Of a DNA stretch of 64,000 nt, positions 34,900 to 44,215 are shown piece by piece. Origin of the DNA: Candidatus Roizmanbacteria bacterium RIFCSPHIGHO2_02_FULL_40_13b (lineage in GTDB: Bacteria; Patescibacteriota; Microgenomatia; UBA1406; HO2-37-13b); assembly GCA_001789445.1 (NCBI GenBank), contig MFZQ01000013.1:4596-68595 (forward strand), given 5' to 3'. A program made the translations under genes and the position numbers. Under the pieces are notes generated by a model. That model did not search any database and was not told where the DNA came from. It saw nothing but the letters and a program-made list of their open reading frames with translations. Position 1 is the stretch's first letter. Every line of letters begins with the position of its first letter.

Positions 34900-37127
34900 G
34901 TATGAGAATCAAAGTTTTGAGTAAAAATTGTTTCAGAGTTATATCTATATCGACGTTAATTGTTGCCGCCCTGATTGGGCCAACATCGGTCAGGGCAGCA
35001 GCAAATTCGCAATCATGTCCAGTATCTTCTTCGTGTATTGTTGGTGAGTTTTTATACGATGACGCATATGTCCCAATTACGAATGCAACGTGTTCAATTA
35101 CCTCCCACTACCCTGATGGATCCATGTACTTTAACGCCCAAGCACTAACAGGGACTTCTGATGGGTGGTATGGACACAACTTTACTACTTCATCTACTGA
35201 AGGAATGTATCGTTCGCAGATTTGCTGTACAGCGGGCACAGAATACCTCTGTATTGATAAATCATTTACCGTTGTGGCACAATCTACCCAAAGCAGTGCT
35301 CCTTCTACGAATGATATTGCTTCAGCTGTTTGGGGATACTCTGGAAGGACGCTTACGGGCTTTAATTCGCTTATTTCAGATATTTGGTCTAGTGCTGCAA
35401 GAACACTTACTGGTGCTGGTCTAACAAGCGGTAGCATAGCTACAATAGAAAAAACAACAAACGAAACAAGATTACTTTTGGAAAAACAAGTCAACAAGCC
35501 TACGGTTAAAAGCTTTATCGAAGAAGAGCCAAAATTACAGGCAAAACTTGATGCAACAAAAGAAAATGCAAAAAACATCTATTTTACTACGGCGCAAATT
35601 CAAAAAAATGTAAAGAAACTACAAAGTAAATGGGCAAATATATCTACTACTTCTCGACTTGAACAAATAAATACGCTTGCGGGGCTCATTGGAAATACAA
35701 CAGATAATTCGGCAAAAAAAACGCTATTTGGAATGAATAAATGGTTTATATCACGATGGAATTTTTCATCGGGAAAATTGAGCACAACATATATAACTGA
35801 TTTATATACACAAATAAAGAATACACAACAATCACTTATTTCCGGAAACAAAAACACAACAGTGTTTCCTGTACAAGCTATGATTTCTGCTAATCTATTA
35901 CGTGATTCTATCGGAGACGTGGCTGACGATGAGATGGATGCAACGTTGTTTGGAGAAATATCAGAGATCAATCAATATCATGCTGATTTAGAGACATATT
36001 CACAAAAATTAGTAACAATCCAAAAAGACTGGAAGAAATTGGATACAACAAAAAAACAAAAACTTGTTGTTGAATATAACCGTGATATCCTTGCCCTCAA
36101 TCGTATTCCACAAATTGGGGCGATACAGGGTATAACGACTTCAGTAACTACGGATAAACAGCTGAGAAACAGTTTCCTATCGTTATTGGGCTTAGTAAAA
36201 GCAAACAAGCGTCATCTTGCTCAAAATCCAGAAACAAGCTTTGCGAGCACGTGGCTTGAGTTGGGGAGTATCGTTTTTAAAACACTTGTTACCAATCCAT
36301 CGACATTAATAACTCAAACGACAGAAGTTAAATATTATCTACCAAAAGAAGTTAAAAAACAGTCAATTATCAGTATGGATAAAGAATTAACATTGAAATT
36401 TGATGAACAAAAAGGCCAATATTACGTGATTGGTGAATTCGAACTTGAACCTGGTGAATCAAAAACGGTTTCTGTGAGTACGAGTGATATTTGGAGTATT
36501 GTAGACGATGAGCTCAAATCATTAAAAGCACAAGCAAGCGCACTGCTTAAACCACTCGAAAAAACTCCCTATTTTGCCCAAGGAGTTACATTACAAAGCG
36601 ATATTGAGGTTGCACTTGATAAAATTAAACTTAACCAAGAACGTGCGGAGACACCAGAAGAGAAGTTATTTACCTATAGCGAATCCGAGATAGAACTCAA
36701 GTCTGTTAAAACAAAAATTGATACGTTAAAAGATCTAGCATCGCAAGTAAGTTCAAGTAGCACCCTACTTGGATTTGTTGGCGCAACACAGTCGTTAGCT
36801 GTGTGGGGACTTATCATAATAATGAGTGCAGGATTTGTATTTCTTACACTATACATGCGAAAACTCTCGAATGTGCCTGGGGAAACACAAAAAATACCAA
36901 AATCAAAAAAGAAGAAGGCAGTTATTGCCGAAGTAAAGGTACCACTATCAAATAAGCTTAGAGTGAATCTGCATGTTGTAGTTTTTGTATTGCTGTATGG
37001 TGCATCAGTATCATTGTTCTCTGTTTATGCAACGTCTAAACTAGTATCAAATCAGAATAATGGTCTAAATGCGCAGGTATTAGGAACTCAAACCCAAAGT
37101 TCACCGCTGTGCCCTTCAAGTAAATAA
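34896..37127 (+). CDS. large secreted hypothetical protein with C-terminal TM helices
   Basis: Sec-type signal (…GPTSVRA/AA). Repeated AVWGYSGRTLTG / DIWSSAARTLTG motifs. Two C-terminal TM helices. Translationally coupled to tatA. Confidence 0.55.
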   Translation: MSMRIKVLSKNCFRVISISTLIVAALIGPTSVRAAANSQSCPVSSSCIVGEFLYDDAYVPITNATCSITSHYPDGSMYFNAQALTGTSDGWYGHNFTTSSTEGMYRSQICCTAGTEYLCIDKSFTVVAQSTQSSAPSTNDIASAVWGYSGRTLTGFNSLISDIWSSAARTLTGAGLTSGSIATIEKTTNETRLLLEKQVNKPTVKSFIEEEPKLQAKLDATKENAKNIYFTTAQIQKNVKKLQSKWANISTTSRLEQINTLAGLIGNTTDNSAKKTLFGMNKWFISRWNFSSGKLSTTYITDLYTQIKNTQQSLISGNKNTTVFPVQAMISANLLRDSIGDVADDEMDATLFGEISEINQYHADLETYSQKLVTIQKDWKKLDTTKKQKLVVEYNRDILALNRIPQIGAIQGITTSVTTDKQLRNSFLSLLGLVKANKRHLAQNPETSFASTWLELGSIVFKTLVTNPSTLITQTTEVKYYLPKEVKKQSIISMDKELTLKFDEQKGQYYVIGEFELEPGESKTVSVSTSDIWSIVDDELKSLKAQASALLKPLEKTPYFAQGVTLQSDIEVALDKIKLNQERAETPEEKLFTYSESEIELKSVKTKIDTLKDLASQVSSSSTLLGFVGATQSLAVWGLIIIMSAGFVFLTLYMRKLSNVPGETQKIPKSKKKKAVIAEVKVPLSNKLRVNLHVVVFVLLYGASVSLFSVYATSKLVSNQNNGLNAQVLGTQTQSSPLCPSSK

Positions 37128-37529
37128 GAGTACGAACTGTGGAATTGCCAGATTATACCCGTGATGCAGGAGTATTGATGCTGTAACTCCAAGTATAACT
37201 CCTTTTCTACCCTTTCTGAATGAATATGCGATTATGAGCGATGACGTAACATGAAGTGGAATAGTCAAAAACAGTCGCAAAATAAAACTTGCTGTGTTTC
37301 CTACACGTACAATATTAAACAAATAGAGTATGCTTTCTGAAATGGAAAAAAGAATACCAATACAAAGTCCTGTGATAAATGGATTGTATGAAACTTCATT
37401 TTTCTTTGAAAAAAAAATTGTGACCGCTTTTGCAAATTCTTCTACAACTGCAGGGTAGGGAAGAATTTGTTCAAGTGGCCACAATATAAAGGGGAGTATT
37501 GCAGCAATAAGCGGCGTTACTATGAACAT
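37116..37529 (-). CDS. CPBP/PrsW-superfamily intramembrane protease-like protein (short form)
   Basis: VEEFAKA, PLHVTSS and LLHHGYN motifs in TM helices. Paralog of 41887-42303. Confidence 0.5.
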   Translation of the reverse strand: MFIVTPLIAAILPFILWPLEQILPYPAVVEEFAKAVTIFFSKKNEVSYNPFITGLCIGILFSISESILYLFNIVRVGNTASFILRLFLTIPLHVTSSLIIAYSFRKGRKGVILGVTASILLHHGYNLAIPQFVLLFT

Positions 37530-37535
37530 ACATGT

Positions 37536-37679
37536 TTATTTATCTGAAATTGATTTTTTAAACTCTCGAATTGCTTCACCAAGACCACGTGCCAACTCTG
37601 GAAGCTTTTTCCCCCCGAAAAGCACGAGCAAAACGATAGCAATTATAACTATTTCAGTTGTACCGATTCCTCCTAACAT
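37536..37679 (-). CDS. tatA: TatA/E-family subunit (47 aa, below the ORF-track cutoff)
   Basis: MLGGIGTTEIVIIAIVLLVLFGGKKLPELARGLGEAIREFKKSISDK. Confidence 0.8.
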   Translation of the reverse strand: MLGGIGTTEIVIIAIVLLVLFGGKKLPELARGLGEAIREFKKSISDK

Positions 37680-37721
37680 ATTATTTGCACCTCCTCTCGT
37701 ATATTCATTCTGTATGTATTA

Positions 37722-38474
37722 TCATACATGATTTCTTAATATAAATCTATTAAGTATAACGGTAAGCTCAAAAAGTAGGATGAGCGGTATAGTAAGGAAA
37801 ACGAGGGAAAGTAGGTCTGTTGGCGGTAATAACGCCGCAAAAAGTAACGATATTGCATATGCAAAGATACGTTTATCAACTAATGCTTTGTACTTAATAA
37901 TTTTTACTTTTAGGAGAATTGTTAAAAAAATTGGAAACTGGAACCCAATTCCCATAAGAAGTCCAGTAATAATAACTTGTGATAAGAATTGAGATACATC
38001 TAAGAAGTTTCCAATATGTAATTGCAATGATTTTTCATAAAATAAGATGATCATATACCTCATGATGACTATCCCAAATACCATCCCAAAAATAAAGAGG
38101 ATAATACTTAGAGGGATTAACGAGACAATGAGTCGAAATTCTTTTTTTGTTAGGGCGGGGCGAATAAATAATAGTATTTGCAATACAATTAAAGGAAATA
38201 CAAGAATTGAACCCAAAAGTAACGCAGTATTTATTGCTAAGTTTAGAAATTGAAATGGTGAAGTAAAAACAATATTTATGCCTTTAAAATCAAAAACGGT
38301 AAGAATGATTTTAATGATTGCTTCATAATAAATAAACCCGAGTGCTGATCCGATAAAAAATACAGCAAAAATTAAAACAACCCGTCTTCTGACTTCCATT
38401 AAGAAAGGCATGTATTGTTCGCGTGCATCTAGCAAAGAAGGAATGGTTCCTGATTGTTTCATAGAAGAATTCAT
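37722..38474 (-). CDS. tatC: Sec-independent translocase subunit TatC
   Basis: Six-TM protein with MPFLMEVRRRVV near the N-terminus and a TatC-like helix pattern. Confidence 0.8.
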   Translation of the reverse strand: MNSSMKQSGTIPSLLDAREQYMPFLMEVRRRVVLIFAVFFIGSALGFIYYEAIIKIILTVFDFKGINIVFTSPFQFLNLAINTALLLGSILVFPLIVLQILLFIRPALTKKEFRLIVSLIPLSIILFIFGMVFGIVIMRYMIILFYEKSLQLHIGNFLDVSQFLSQVIITGLLMGIGFQFPIFLTILLKVKIIKYKALVDKRIFAYAISLLFAALLPPTDLLSLVFLTIPLILLFELTVILNRFILRNHV

Positions 38475-38477
38475 ATA

Positions 38478-38615
38478 TTACTTATCCGTATCTTTTAAGC
38501 TTTTTTTGAATTCTTTTACAGATTGTCCAAGCGATTTAATAAATTCAGGTATGCGTTTACCACCGAAAAAGAGCAGTATTAATAGTGCAATAATCAAAAC
38601 TTCTGTAGTTCCCAT
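38478..38615 (-). CDS. tatA: TatA/E-family subunit (45 aa, below the ORF-track cutoff)
   Basis: MGTTEVLIIALLILLFFGGKRIPEFIKSLGQSVKEFKKSLKDTDK. Confidence 0.75.
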   Translation of the reverse strand: MGTTEVLIIALLILLFFGGKRIPEFIKSLGQSVKEFKKSLKDTDK

Positions 38616-38620
38616 AGTAG

Positions 38621-38860
38621 TTACTTCCCCTCACCCCCTTTTTCTTCTTTCATTTCATTCTTTTCTACAACTTTTACCCCCTCTATATCTAAATCATCGT
38701 TCAGGGTACTTTCAAATTCCTTTTTAACTTTTTTGATCTCTCTTCCAGATTCACCGAGTCCTTTTGCCCATTCCATTAGCTTTTTTTGCCCAAATAGTAC
38801 GAGAAGTATAAATGCAATGATAACAATCTCTGTCGTGCCAAGATTATTTAAAATATTCAT
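38621..38860 (-). CDS. TatA/TatB-like subunit with extended acidic tail
   Basis: LGTTEIVIIAFILLVLFGQKKLMEWAKGLGESGREIKK followed by a charged 40-aa tail. Confidence 0.7.
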   Translation of the reverse strand: MNILNNLGTTEIVIIAFILLVLFGQKKLMEWAKGLGESGREIKKVKKEFESTLNDDLDIEGVKVVEKNEMKEEKGGEGK

Positions 38861-38951
38861 ACGTTGAGAGTATCAAAGACGAAATAAAAAAGCAAGTACT
38901 TATACAAGTCCCATACAGCTACCGCAAAACAAAATGTCGGTTTTTTATACC

Positions 38952-39121
38952 GTCATGCTGAATTTACTCGCCTCGGCGAAGCCAAGCGAAGTCGGGTTTC
39001 AGTCTGCCTGCCGGCAGGCAGGCGTTCAGAATGACACTGTTGTCATTCCCGCGCAGGCCGAAGGTCCTCGTAAGGGGACGGGAATCTATTCTTATGGATC
39101 CCCGTCTTCACGGGGATGACA
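38952..39121. repeat. two adjacent palindromic elements (gtcatgctgaa variant with nested palindrome, and a family-A nested-loop variant)
   Basis: ctgcctgccggcaggcag at 39004-39021, and tgtcattcccgcgcaggccgaaggtcctcgtaaggggacgggaatc...cggggatgaca. Confidence 0.75.
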
Positions 39122-39240
39122 GAAAAGTAACAGTTGTTAATCTGGCAACGACCCGTATCAATGTTGCCATTCGGTCACATATTTAGATCTAGCAACACGA
39201 AGTCTCATACAATTAGTAAATTGTAACGATTAATGCTAAG

Positions 39241-39867
39241 ATGAGATTAATGCTATTAAATGAATGGATATTTTTAGATATGATTGTTAATACTTCTCTC
39301 TTGCTTTCGGCAACATCATTCTTTATCGTATCACTAATGTTTGGTGATGCCTTATTTGCCCGATTTAATCTTAAGACTTTCATGAAATTTCTAGGCTTTC
39401 TTTTGATTGGAGTAACCTTTATCTTAAATTTATTACATATAAGTTATCCTGTTTTAATCTTCTGGTTCATGTCAGCGGGTTTGGTCTTACTGTTTCTCGG
39501 TTTTATACTAGATCCATTATCTAAATTGAAGTTTTTCGCCCCATTACCGCTTGTTTTCTTCCCATTTCTTAACGATCATATCCTTTTTTTTGTTTTAAGT
39601 CTGATGATAACTGTCGGAGTTTTTCAGCTGGCATATACCACAAGTCATAGAGATTTAATACCGCTCGGGGTAAGTTTTACGCTCATTTCTGTAGGGGAGT
39701 ATCTATTTCATCTTAAAGGTATTGAGCAATTAAAACAGTTGGCCGTAGCTGGATCATTTTTATACCTTTTTGCCTCATTGATACTGCTTGGTTGGGCATG
39801 GTCATATATAGCATTACGACTTATTTATTTATTGAAAAGAAAGAAATCTAGCTCATTGCAAGGATGA
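39241..39867 (+). CDS. hypothetical polytopic membrane protein
   Basis: Six or more hydrophobic helices. No motif recognised. Confidence 0.45.
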   Translation: MRLMLLNEWIFLDMIVNTSLLLSATSFFIVSLMFGDALFARFNLKTFMKFLGFLLIGVTFILNLLHISYPVLIFWFMSAGLVLLFLGFILDPLSKLKFFAPLPLVFFPFLNDHILFFVLSLMITVGVFQLAYTTSHRDLIPLGVSFTLISVGEYLFHLKGIEQLKQLAVAGSFLYLFASLILLGWAWSYIALRLIYLLKRKKSSSLQG

Positions 39868-39876
39868 TTTGAAGAC

Positions 39877-40245
39877 TTAAGAAGCTAATCTGGCGACAAC
39901 TCTTGAAACTACAACTTCTGGCAAGATATCTGTTTTAACATAGTAGTCTACTGCCCCCAAATCTTTGCATTTCTTAATATCTTCGTCTTGATGCAAAACA
40001 GACAGACAGATCACGGGTATCTCTTTTAAGAGTGAATCACTTTTAAGTGCTTTTAAGACCTCAAAACCATCTTTTTTTGGGAGTACTAAATCTAAAAGTA
40101 TCAGATCTGGTTTTTCTTCTCTAATTTTAGAAAGTCCTTCCTGTCCATCGACTGCATACATAAATTCATGACCAGAATCTTTAAAAGCTACTTGGTACAT
40201 CCGAAGAAGCGGTAGATCGTCTTCAATCAGTAATATTTTAGACAT
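39877..40245 (-). CDS. single-domain response regulator (CheY-like receiver)
   Basis: ILLIEDD ... DLILLDLVLPKKDG ... receiver pattern. 122 aa with no output domain. Confidence 0.85.
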   Translation of the reverse strand: MSKILLIEDDLPLLRMYQVAFKDSGHEFMYAVDGQEGLSKIREEKPDLILLDLVLPKKDGFEVLKALKSDSLLKEIPVICLSVLHQDEDIKKCKDLGAVDYYVKTDILPEVVVSRVVARLAS

Positions 40246-41854
40246 TTTTAGACAGAGGTAACGCTATGCTAAATGTTGAGCCTTTTCCCACTGTACTTTC
40301 TGCCGAGATTGTACCACCCATTACTGTTAAAAGCAACTTTGCAATATACAGTCCTAAGCCATGAGACTCACTTTGTGTTTGAAGCCAATTTTCTGAAGAA
40401 TAAAACTTCTCAAATATATGAGGAAGGTCTTTTTGATTAATTCCAATACCGGTATCTTTGATGTGAACTATACCCATAGTATCTGTTTTGCCATAGGTAA
40501 TAGCAATGGCTCCTTTTTTACTATACTTTATAGCGTTGTCTATCACATTTATTAAAACTTCTTTGGTTTGTTCTTTATCTGCAAAAACCATCAGTTTTTT
40601 GGGCGAAGGTAATTCTAATGCTAATTTCTTGCCCTGTAGCTTTTGTTTCGAGTCAAAAGCCACACTCCGCGACAACTCGTCCATGTCAAAGTTTGCACTT
40701 ACCATTTTAACGTTCTCGCTTTCTATTCTTGATGTTGTAAGTAGTGATTTTACAAGGCTTGACATTCTTTCACTACTATAAAGCGTTTCTTGAAGATATT
40801 TTTGTGCTTCTGTATCTATTTTTCCCACCTTTCCTGATAGTAACATGGAAGTATATCCCTTCATTAAAGCCAGCGGGGTCAGAAGTTGATGAGATGCAAC
40901 CAAAATAAAGTCATTTTCATTTTCTTGTAACTCAACATCATGTTTGAGCTGTTCCTCTTTAAGTTCCATTATTTGTGTTACTTTTTGTTGACGCCTAAGA
41001 TCAATCTTATTTAATTTGATAGTAATCCAACACATTAAAACAAAAAAAATGGAAACTAAAAAGACGTTAAAGATTGCAAATCCAAATCTAGTATTAATTA
41101 ATCCTGAATCTTGAGCCCAAAGTATTACTTTGCCTAATACTGACGGGATGATAAGAATACTTGGAAGCAATATTCTACTTATTTTACTCCCCGAGAAGTT
41201 AGAAGAAATAACTGTCATAAACCCTCTATCAGATCTGATAAGTAGCATTGCCAAGGATGTTATATAAAAAGCGATGGCAGTATTAAAAGCCATCGGTACT
41301 TGTGCCAGAACACCGTATAGATTTTGAACTGAATAGACATACCCAAGGATTGCCAAAAGCGAAATCAAATTAACTAAAAAACACAAAATATTTATTAATT
41401 TATAGTACTTATCTTTCGTCAGAAGAAATAAAGAAATGCCGATAAAGACAAAATTAAAAGCAGTGTTTGGAGCAATCCTATTTCCAAATAATTTTGATCC
41501 AAATAAAAGTTGATCTATGTGCGTATCAAAGCCAAATATAATTGCCCCGAGACTTGCGAACCCGACCACAAATACAATTATTCCAGCAAGCTGTGCAAGC
41601 CAGATAAATTTATGCATTTTTTTCTGTAGAATTATCTGAATAGATAGACCAATCAAGATAAAACAGAGAGCTGTGAGAGGATTCATAAAGATATACCCTG
41701 GTTGAAAGTTTCTGATGAAATCAATATCAAATTGCCAGCCAAATTCGGCCAGTATGCCGATTACTATTACAAACAAAGAAAATAGTGAGGCAATCTCTCT
41801 AAAAAAAGTAAGTATTCTTGAATCCTGAATTGTTTCAGTACTGTTATTGTCCAT
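40238..41854 (-). CDS. sensor histidine kinase with polytopic N-terminal sensor
   Basis: About eight TM helices, H-box VASHQLLTPL, and an HATPase region (DTGIGI, GLGLYIAK, GKGSTF). Confidence 0.85.
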   Translation of the reverse strand: MDNNSTETIQDSRILTFFREIASLFSLFVIVIGILAEFGWQFDIDFIRNFQPGYIFMNPLTALCFILIGLSIQIILQKKMHKFIWLAQLAGIIVFVVGFASLGAIIFGFDTHIDQLLFGSKLFGNRIAPNTAFNFVFIGISLFLLTKDKYYKLINILCFLVNLISLLAILGYVYSVQNLYGVLAQVPMAFNTAIAFYITSLAMLLIRSDRGFMTVISSNFSGSKISRILLPSILIIPSVLGKVILWAQDSGLINTRFGFAIFNVFLVSIFFVLMCWITIKLNKIDLRRQQKVTQIMELKEEQLKHDVELQENENDFILVASHQLLTPLALMKGYTSMLLSGKVGKIDTEAQKYLQETLYSSERMSSLVKSLLTTSRIESENVKMVSANFDMDELSRSVAFDSKQKLQGKKLALELPSPKKLMVFADKEQTKEVLINVIDNAIKYSKKGAIAITYGKTDTMGIVHIKDTGIGINQKDLPHIFEKFYSSENWLQTQSESHGLGLYIAKLLLTVMGGTISAESTVGKGSTFSIALPLSKNV

Positions 41855-41886
41855 ACATAGAGTTTGTAATTTTTATCTACTATTGC

Positions 41887-42303
41887 TCAAAACACCAATA
41901 ACGAAACAGAGGTGTTATAAAAATAATGCAGTAATCCTGCAAGTACTATTCCTAAAAATAGTAGCCTTTTATCAAGTAATGCCGGTATCAAAATCGCAAG
42001 CGAAGTGGTAATATGTAACGGCATAGTTACCATAAATCTGAAAAGGTGTGTTTGACTCGTTGCGGGGGAAAACAAATAAAGGAAGTTTTCAGTTATCCCG
42101 AATAAAAAACCTATCAGTATTGTTGCATAGATCTTTTGACGGTTGTCGCCCGACTTTAAAATGAAGAAGATTAAAAGTGCCTTGGCTAATTCTTCCACAA
42201 TATGTGGGTAGGGAAAAAATATCTCTATCGGCCAAAGAATAAATGGTGCAATTGCCGCAAATACAGCAGTGAAAATATACATACGTTTTTGATTCTCTTT
42301 CAT
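41887..42303 (-). CDS. CPBP/PrsW-superfamily intramembrane protease-like protein (short form)
   Basis: VEELAKA, PLHITTS and LLHYFYN motifs. Paralog of 37116-37529. Confidence 0.5.
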   Translation of the reverse strand: MKENQKRMYIFTAVFAAIAPFILWPIEIFFPYPHIVEELAKALLIFFILKSGDNRQKIYATILIGFLFGITENFLYLFSPATSQTHLFRFMVTMPLHITTSLAILIPALLDKRLLFLGIVLAGLLHYFYNTSVSLLVF

Positions 42304-42361
42304 AGCAGTTGCTTTTAATTATTACACAATAATCTTTTAAATATACAAACCAAAGATGGTA

Positions 42362-43660
42362 TCACTTAAGCGAGGCAATGGTAGCTTTGAGTTTGGCATC
42401 TTTAAGCATCTTACCAGCGGTTCCAACAGTTGCGTGACCGGCGACAACCTCATCCCATACAGCATCAGCAATTTCCGAAGCAGATGCACCGCCAGCAGTT
42501 GTTTCGATAAAGGTATCAGTACCAAGATCACGTGTGTTTCCCAGTGTATTTTTGGTGAATGTATGCCCGTTCCTGACACCAGTTCTTAGAACCCCCGTGC
42601 CAATATCAATGCCGTATCCAGTGTGTTTATAGATGAGATTATTTTCAAAAATGTTATCTGCAATGCCTGTGCCAGATAACACTACTCCATTGACATTATC
42701 ATAAATAAGACACTGTGAAACGAGGGTACGAGTGGTACTGTTTCCGAATGTAATCCCATCTCCAGTTCCAGATTTTCCATTGAGCTCAATTACTGATGAG
42801 GTAATAGTAGACCGAGTTGATGATGAAATACTAATTCCTGACCCTCGACTTCCAGTTATCCACGTATCTTTTATGAGAGCGTTATCCCCAGTTATTGAAA
42901 TCGCATTTTGTGAACCCGTGCCAGCTGTTGAAATATATATTCCGCTTAGCTCCACATTATCAGCGGTAATGTTTATTGTGGGGCTTGTGTCAAGGGTTGG
43001 TATAAGTTGGAATATATAACCCGGGCCTCGTATTTTTAAATTATTTTTGGTAACAGTAAGCGTTTCAGTTACTGTCGTTGTCCCACTGGTGTTACTACTC
43101 ATACAAAAAATAACATCATTGTTGCCGGCTATGACTAACGTTTGGGCTTGAGAAAATGTAGCCACGGCCTTGGTTGGTTTGGTTCCATCGTTTGCATCAT
43201 CTCCATTTATTGGATTCCAATAAAGATATTGTCCGACACCACGTCTTGAACCAACAAGAGATTCAACTAGATAGAGTAAATTGGTGTCTGATTCAGGTGT
43301 TGCGATAGTTGGGGAAGAGGACTGAGCGATAGTAACGGAGGTAAAGGCTGACGATGCAATAGGATTACCGCTTTCTGCTACTAAATTACCACCAGTAACA
43401 ATGCAAGCTACCGTATCTGGACCTGGACGTGCCTCAAATCGAAGCTTCCAATTATCTAAGAGTACAAGAGTAATCCCCACCGAAACACTACCGCCCAAGT
43501 TCTGTTTCCCAAATGCTTCGGCAATCTGTGAATTTGCTAACCCTGGTGTTAATTCATCTTCGGTGTCTCTGATCTCATTTATCAATGTTTGAAGATCGAC
43601 AGATGTTTGAGGAGCAGGGACCTCGATTATGCTATTGTAAAAATCGAATACAAGTGCCAT
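42362..43660 (-). CDS. right-handed beta-helix (tailspike/pectate-lyase-like) protein, no signal peptide
   Basis: Repeated ~22-aa G/N/I-rich turns (ISITGDNALIKDTWITGSRGSGISISSS... NVNGVVLSGTG...). C-terminus is EIADAVWDEVVAGHATVGTAGKML. Confidence 0.55.
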   Translation of the reverse strand: MALVFDFYNSIIEVPAPQTSVDLQTLINEIRDTEDELTPGLANSQIAEAFGKQNLGGSVSVGITLVLLDNWKLRFEARPGPDTVACIVTGGNLVAESGNPIASSAFTSVTIAQSSSPTIATPESDTNLLYLVESLVGSRRGVGQYLYWNPINGDDANDGTKPTKAVATFSQAQTLVIAGNNDVIFCMSSNTSGTTTVTETLTVTKNNLKIRGPGYIFQLIPTLDTSPTINITADNVELSGIYISTAGTGSQNAISITGDNALIKDTWITGSRGSGISISSSTRSTITSSVIELNGKSGTGDGITFGNSTTRTLVSQCLIYDNVNGVVLSGTGIADNIFENNLIYKHTGYGIDIGTGVLRTGVRNGHTFTKNTLGNTRDLGTDTFIETTAGGASASEIADAVWDEVVAGHATVGTAGKMLKDAKLKATIASLK

Positions 43661-43704
43661 AGATTAATCATATCAAAGATTATATAGAGAATAGAATAAA
43701 GTTA

Positions 43705-44208
43705 TTAATTTAGGTCTTTTTCTATATATTTAACTCTATCAAGCTGTCCTTCTAATGTCAGTTTCGCGGTAGTTTCTATCCATTGTAAAAAAGGGCCAGG
43801 GAATATTTTTTTCTCCTCACGAAATAAATTAACGACCTCCAAGACTGCTTTTTGATTACCAACAATAATTGGTCCACGTTCAGTTCCTACTGAAGTATCG
43901 ACGATCTCAAATAGGTCGCTATTTAGGAGCTCTTTATAGAGTGGATCATTTTTAATCATGCTAATATACATTGGAGGATCGGTAATTTGAACGAGTGGAA
44001 AAAAGTCTTCGATTACAAAAAACCATTGCCCGTTTTTGTGTGTTCTACGAATGATTTCTCCGTAATAAGAAAGATCATCATAAAAAACGACAGGGGAGGG
44101 AGGGGGATTTTGAATAGGTTTAGGACCGTTCACATGCTTTATACTCATAAACCTTCCTCCTGGTCCTCGAACTGGTTTATTCTTTGTGTCTAAGGTATCA
44201 GTGCTCAT
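43705..44208 (-). CDS. Bro-N/DinD-like DNA-binding domain protein
   Basis: IIRRTHKNGQWFFVIEDFFPLV ... IVGNQKAVLEVVNLF ... FPGPFLQWIE resembles the Bro-N antirepressor-type pattern. Confidence 0.4.
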   Translation of the reverse strand: MSTDTLDTKNKPVRGPGGRFMSIKHVNGPKPIQNPPPSPVVFYDDLSYYGEIIRRTHKNGQWFFVIEDFFPLVQITDPPMYISMIKNDPLYKELLNSDLFEIVDTSVGTERGPIIVGNQKAVLEVVNLFREEKKIFPGPFLQWIETTAKLTLEGQLDRVKYIEKDLN

Positions 44209-44215
44209 ATTCTCA

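Noticed and set aside
34724-34912. 62-aa minus-strand ORF, and the plus-strand ORFs 37522-37731 and 38410-38727
   Set aside because: Each is antisense to a short but textbook TatA-family gene that fell below the ORF-track length cutoff.
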